From Amphiscolops sp. MND2022 (Eukaryota), in contig OZ076409.1 of assembly GCA_964187785.1 (NCBI GenBank), positions 5,334,001-5,398,000 of the forward strand: a DNA stretch of 64,000 bases. The letters are read 5' to 3'. Shown one piece after another: positions 59,101-64,000 of this stretch. Position numbers and translations under genes: made by a program. Position 1 is the first letter of the stretch. Every line of letters begins with the position of its first letter. The notes below the pieces were generated by a model. The model was not told where the DNA came from. It did not search any database and was given only the letters and a program-made list of their open reading frames with translations.

Positions 59101-61197
59101 GTAATCTAAGAGACAATGTACAAGCTTGTTCAAGATCTTTTCGCAAGGTTTCAATTTGTTTATGGTGTTCGTCTGTAAGAACAGTTTCGTTTTCTTGGCG
59201 TAAAAGTTTGTAAAAAGGTAGAAGTTTTTCTCCTAACTTAGGTATGAAAGCTCGAAAATATTGGAAAAACCCAATAAATCGGCGAATTTGTTTAGGCGTT
59301 TTCGGAACTTTGAGCGTAGACAAAAAGTCAGTTACTTTTTTCTTGTCTGGTTGCATACCTTCGTTGGTGATTGTGTTACCGAGAAAGGTCATTTCTTTCA
59401 ATCCAAATTCACATTTACTTGGAGTAAACTTCAAACCTGCCTTCTCTATGCAAACAAAAATTGCTTTCAAGTTGTTAATGAATTCGTCAAAGGTGTTAGC
59501 AGCGGTGCCTAAGTCATCTACGTATTGAAAGCATTGGTCAGCTACAATACAAGGGTAGAGATATTTACGCATAAAAGAGCTAAAAGCACTAACTGAGCGA
59601 CTAAGTCCTTGTGCTAAGCGTAAATAGGCAAAAGTACGCGACAAAAAGTTAAAAGAAAGAAGCTGCACTGACAGAGGATCTGCCATTTGCAGTACGTGAT
59701 ATGCTTGGCTACAGTCAAGCTTTGCAAAGAATTTCTTTCCCGCTAAGTGTGCGCTTACGTCTGCTAACGTTGCAATCGGAAAATTATGGTTATCATAGTC
59801 ATGTCGAATAAGGTGATTTATTCGACGAAGATCTACCAAAAGACGGAGTTTACCAGAAGGTTTTCGAACTGCAAAGATGGGGCTAGAGTATTTCGAATAC
59901 TTCAATGTGGTTATCACACCCCAATACTGTAACAAGGCTAGTTCTACTAACACTTCATCACGGTAATGAATCGGTGTAGGCGGTCCTTGAGTGTACATAG
60001 GTTCATCATGTTCTGGCGTTAGTTTAACTTTGAAATCAACATTTTTTCCAATGTCTAACCTATGTCTAGCAAAAATGTGGTGGTAGTCTAAGAGAAGGTT
60101 TTCTACTGTACGTCTTTGTTCACTATTAAACACGGAATTTTTCCAAGGAAATTGAGCTAAGAATTTCTGTTTGTCTAAGGCGTTTGAGATAGGATCTAGT
60201 TTCTCTTCTTTTTTCAGTTGAACAATTTCATCGTAAATGCGTTTTTCAATTCCAGTCAATGTTTCGGGATTAGAACAATTTTCGGGAGTTGGAAACCAAA
60301 GCTCATCTGTCGACGGTGAAACTTTGATCTCCGAATCCTGAATAAGCGCATTAATGTTCTGGTTAAAATAATTCGACAAAAGTTGCGGGTTTATAGGCTG
60401 TAGGTATTCGGCTTGTTTCGGTGTTAGTATCGTGATTCGTGCAATAACAGAGTTTTTCTGAACGGTAACTTTATGAGGCAGAACATTCAAAATGGCAAGT
60501 GAAACATCTTGTTCTGCTTTAAGAGTTATGAGTGCACTAGTGACACAAAGTCCTGTTTGGTTTTCAAATTTAGCATTAGGTTCAATAATGGCTACAGTTC
60601 CATCTGGGTAGGAACAGTTTGGAAAAGAACATTGAACTATTTCAGTAGTGTTCGGGTTTATCGATAAGGAACTGTTATTTCTCAAAAAATGGTTCTTTTT
60701 CGAAGAAACAGCACTAATTTTTCCATTTGTATGGATTTTTTCGGTGAGTTGAAGAGTTAAATCGGCAGTTTAAGAGTGCGACTCTTTGGGTGTATAGAAA
60801 TGTCGTTTTTCTCAAAAAATGGAAGTCCAAGAATCGTTTGATTCATTTTCTTCAGTAGTAAGAAAGTATCTGTAAATTTTTCGTTTGCAATGTTGAAAGT
60901 GGCTTTAAATGTGCCATACGTAGGTACAAGTGATCCATTTGCTACTTTAATGGAGCTTGGTGTTGGATCGAAATTGGTTATACTGGTTGGGCTTTCTTTT
61001 TGAAGTTTTTTGAAAATGTTTAGAGGCATAGCGCTACAAAATGCGCCTGTATGAATAAGAGCTTTAATAGGAAAAGTAAAGTTAATAGGTACTGAGAAAA
61101 GTGAAGTGCGAGGCTTTGAGGATAAAACATTAATAGAGGAAAAAGATGAAGGATTAGGTGAGGCAGAAAAAGAACGGGTTATGTGTGGCTTACCTAG
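56160..61197 (-). pseudogene. pol: pol: protease (catalytic D->H), possible dUTPase-like relic, RT, RNase H, integrase with long Pro/Ser-rich tail
   Basis: LIHTGA, VDLRRIN, KLDCSQAY, YVDD, LTDAS, TDNRSL, H-x6-H...KN*FSC, QVDIVG, SDMG, VERTH. Frameshifts near 60760 and 57790; TGA at 58102-58100. Confidence 0.95.
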
Positions 61198-62421
61198 TTT
61201 TTTTGGTTCTGTGCCATATTCGCATCATAGTAGGGTGACCAAGGTTGGGTCATCGGGTTGTATTGTGGCATCATCGGTGTAGTCATCTGAGGTTGAGAGA
61301 ATGACGGTTGGGAAAATGACGGTTGGGGTTGGTAGTTGGAAAATTGTTGATAAGGTAATTGAGGCAGTTGGCGATTTTGTGGGCGAAACCAACATTGGGC
61401 AATTGTATGTCCAAATTTATTGCAGTGACTACAATGGCGTTGAGAAGATTGAGCATTTCGATTGTTCTGGTTATTTCGTCCATTTTGCCAATTATTGTTG
61501 CATTTCCCATTATTGTTATTGTTGCAATTGTTATTGTTTTGGCGATTATTCCAGTTATTATTTCGCTTCTGGTTATTCCAATTCTGGTTATTACGTGGCT
61601 TGTTTTGTTGCCGATTTTGATTTTAAGAGTTTTGCTTATTAGTTTTCTGCTGGCTTTGATTTTGATTTTTCTGCATCAGCTGATTTATTGTAGGCTGAAT
61701 GGTTTTGGTTAAATCTCTGATTTCTTCAGAAATTTTTGCAGTCTCTTGTTTTCAAAGTATCATGAGCAACAGAGAGTGCTTGCAATCCCGACAAAAGTTC
61801 TTTATTTGAAGCTGGACTTACTTCATTGAATGCCGTATCATCATCCTCTGGATAGAGGCGATCAACGATCATTCTACTGGCAGCTTTTGCGCAGAGATCC
61901 TCGATTGTCGTGTCTTCTGGCTGTGTCATCAGAAATCTTCTGAGTTTGATTGGCATTCCGTTTATGAATGCTTCTCGTACTCGTCTCGCTCTCCCGAGTG
62001 CTCTATTTTCAGCAGCAACTGCGGGTCGTCCTCCTGCAGCAGCTCTGGCAACGACGTTAGGGTACGCCTCCAATGCCAAACGTTGGAGGTCAGTGAGGAA
62101 GTCTTGGGCGCTTTCCTCGGACGATTTCAATTTTCTGGCTGAGAAGATGAGTTTCTGCAATTGAACGCGCTGGTCGTTCTGGTATCTCTCACGAAGTGCA
62201 GCTACGGCGAGATCATAGTCAACTCTCGTGGCTTCGGGCAGTTGATCGAAGAATGTTAATGCACCACCCTTAAGGTGCAAATGCAGATACTGATGACGAT
62301 CATTATCGGCAATGCCTGCAATTTGGATGCAGCTTGCAAGTTGTCTGAGGAACTCATTTAAATTTTCTTTTTCTGTACCTTTGAAGGGTTGAAGATTTAC
62401 AAAAGGTTGAATTGCGGCCAT
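61194..62421 (-). pseudogene. gag: gag (frameshift near 61740), Asn-rich linker, CCHC knuckle
   Basis: FKG...LHLKGGALTFF...L.ERY Gag pattern; CSHCNKFGHTIAQC near 61395-61436; ends CAA AAA AAC TAG. Confidence 0.88.
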
Positions 62422-62667
62422 TGAGAAAGAAGTATTGTTTTTGTTTTCAAGAGCGATTTGAATTTGTCAGAAGAAAGCAATGAGATTTTGTTGAAATGAA
62501 TTTTATTATTCAGTCAGCAGCAGAAGTGAAGAGAAGAGGTTTTGTCAGCATTATCAGCATGTTATTGTTAGTGAAGTGAGTTTATTGTAGAGAGAGTGGC
62601 ACTTGAGCATTGTTATATTTTAAGTGATTTTGGTTTCTGGAGAAAAGGAGAATAGCTCCTGTCACCA

Positions 62668-63080
62668 TGTCATAGATCAAAAAGTTTAGGCAGAGCGGTG
62701 GAAAAGTTTTATTCATTTTGGCAAATCTTCTAGGAGCTGAAGGGTTCTCTCCTATTGAGATTCTCCGGAAAGTGAGAGTTGATGTTTTGAATAATTAATT
62801 AGAGTGTTTCAGAGAGATGAAGTTATTTACAAAATGTAAGAAGGAGTTTAGCATAGTTGAAGATATACTCAAAATATCGAAAAGAAATGATAGAGGTTCT
62901 GGTTGAACGTGTTTATAGTTCACTAGTTCTCTCAGTTGTGTGTCAGGTCCACTTCCAGTGCTACAGAGGCTTTCTCATCGTATTCGTGTTGATCTGTGAT
63001 TGGCTGCCACATCTGATTAGTCCACGTCTGTCCTGTGAATACTTGAACGAAATTTTGTACATGATTCTTGAATCATGACA
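62668..63080 (-). repeat. 5' LTR of env-Gypsy
   Basis: TGTCAT...ATGACA ends; followed on the - strand by a TGG-initiated PBS. Confidence 0.96.
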
Positions 63081-64000
63081 CATCGCCACTACAAAATTGA
63101 ATTTTTCGTTTGATTAAAAATGATCATGCTCCGTTGAAATTGATTAAAAGTGTGGCTCTTTTCTCTGAACGTTCAAGAAACGGTCATAAGTAGGCTCCAA
63201 ACAAACAAACAAACTATCCCCAGTGGCTGACAGTTACTTGTGCGAGTTCACGTGGAGACAACAAATCAAAAGATTTATTTGAAGAAATGTTAAACGATAT
63301 AGCCAAATATAATCCTTTATGTTGAATTTTTTTCTTTGAAATTGTGGGGAAAAGGAAAAAGAGCCGCAATTCTTATCATTAAAAAACTCACATCATCAAT
63401 TTGAAAAAAGACAACTTTTATTGGACAAACAGTTCATTGCAAAAAAAGAAAATGTTAAAACTCCATTTTGAGTTCAATCATTGAAAATATGCGTTGCAAT
63501 TTTACTATGGCAACTCACTTCAACTTTCTCGACAATTCTGATTGGAAGTAGTTTTGTAGTCGGTGCCTTTCTCAAGAAAAGAGCCGACTATAGTCATGAC
63601 TTTTCGTCAGTGTTTTTTTCGATACACCTTAAGTGACCCAAATAGTTCTACCAAAAGTTCTGCAAAATTTTAAATTGTACCTGTTGGCCAAACTTTTCAC
63701 CAAAGGGTCCCTCCTTCGTTTTTTTTGGAGTTTTGCGACAGAATGGATGAAAAATCTCAAAGCGTCCCCCCTGGCACGCCAATTCGGTCCAACTTTTGGT
63801 TTTTCGGGTGCTGTAGAAGAGAATACTTTGATACATTTCAGAAAAAGCCATTTTCGAGTCTCAAGGGTACCTCCGGGTATTTTTGGCTCCCAAATATTTC
63901 AAACACTCTGTTTTTTCTTCAACCTTGAGCGAGGAGCCGACTTGAGTCCAAACGAGACTACCCCTCTTGATTTATAAGCCTCTGGGTGGATGTAATTTAT

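Larger units (their letters stand above)
49378..63080 (-). mobile_element. env-bearing Ty3/Gypsy (Metaviridae-like) element, 13.7 kb
   Basis: 413-bp LTRs 49378-49790 and 62668-63080 (6 mismatches counted); TSD CATCG (49373-49377 and 63081-63085); PBS-like TGGTGACAGGAG; gag, pol and env on the - strand. Confidence 0.97.

Noticed and set aside
61301..61712. Hydrophobic or Cys/Tyr-rich + strand ORFs
   Set aside because: Antisense shadows of the Asn-rich gag linker

Overview
AT-rich animal genomic DNA (short GT-AG introns, TTAGGG repeat; the species cannot be fixed from the sequence). A host gene on the + strand, a GABA-B-like class C GPCR with at least 8 exons between 2883 and 46371, is interleaved with three large mobile elements. 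(1) An 18.3-kb Polinton/Maverick (adintovirus-like) at 5222-23541 has AGTAGT termini, short ~62-bp TIRs and a GGGGAC TSD. It encodes pPolB, packaging ATPase, integrase, major and minor capsid proteins and an adenain protease, plus several accessory genes that appear spliced; one is an SGNH-hydrolase-like gene whose intron holds (TTAGGG)7. (2) A decayed Gypsy LTR element at 37450-43501 (TSD CATAC) has a 225-bp-arm fold-back palindrome at its 5' LTR/PBS. (3) A 13.7-kb env-bearing Gypsy element at 49378-63080 (TSD CATCG, LTRs ~98.5% identical) encodes a class I fusion protein and carries, between pol and env, an antisense intron-containing gene that joins an integrase-type HHCC zinc-binding domain to an OTU-like protease domain. 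The remaining space is dominated by a DINE-1/Helentron-like repeat family and MITEs. All family assignments come from reading motifs by eye; no database searches were run.
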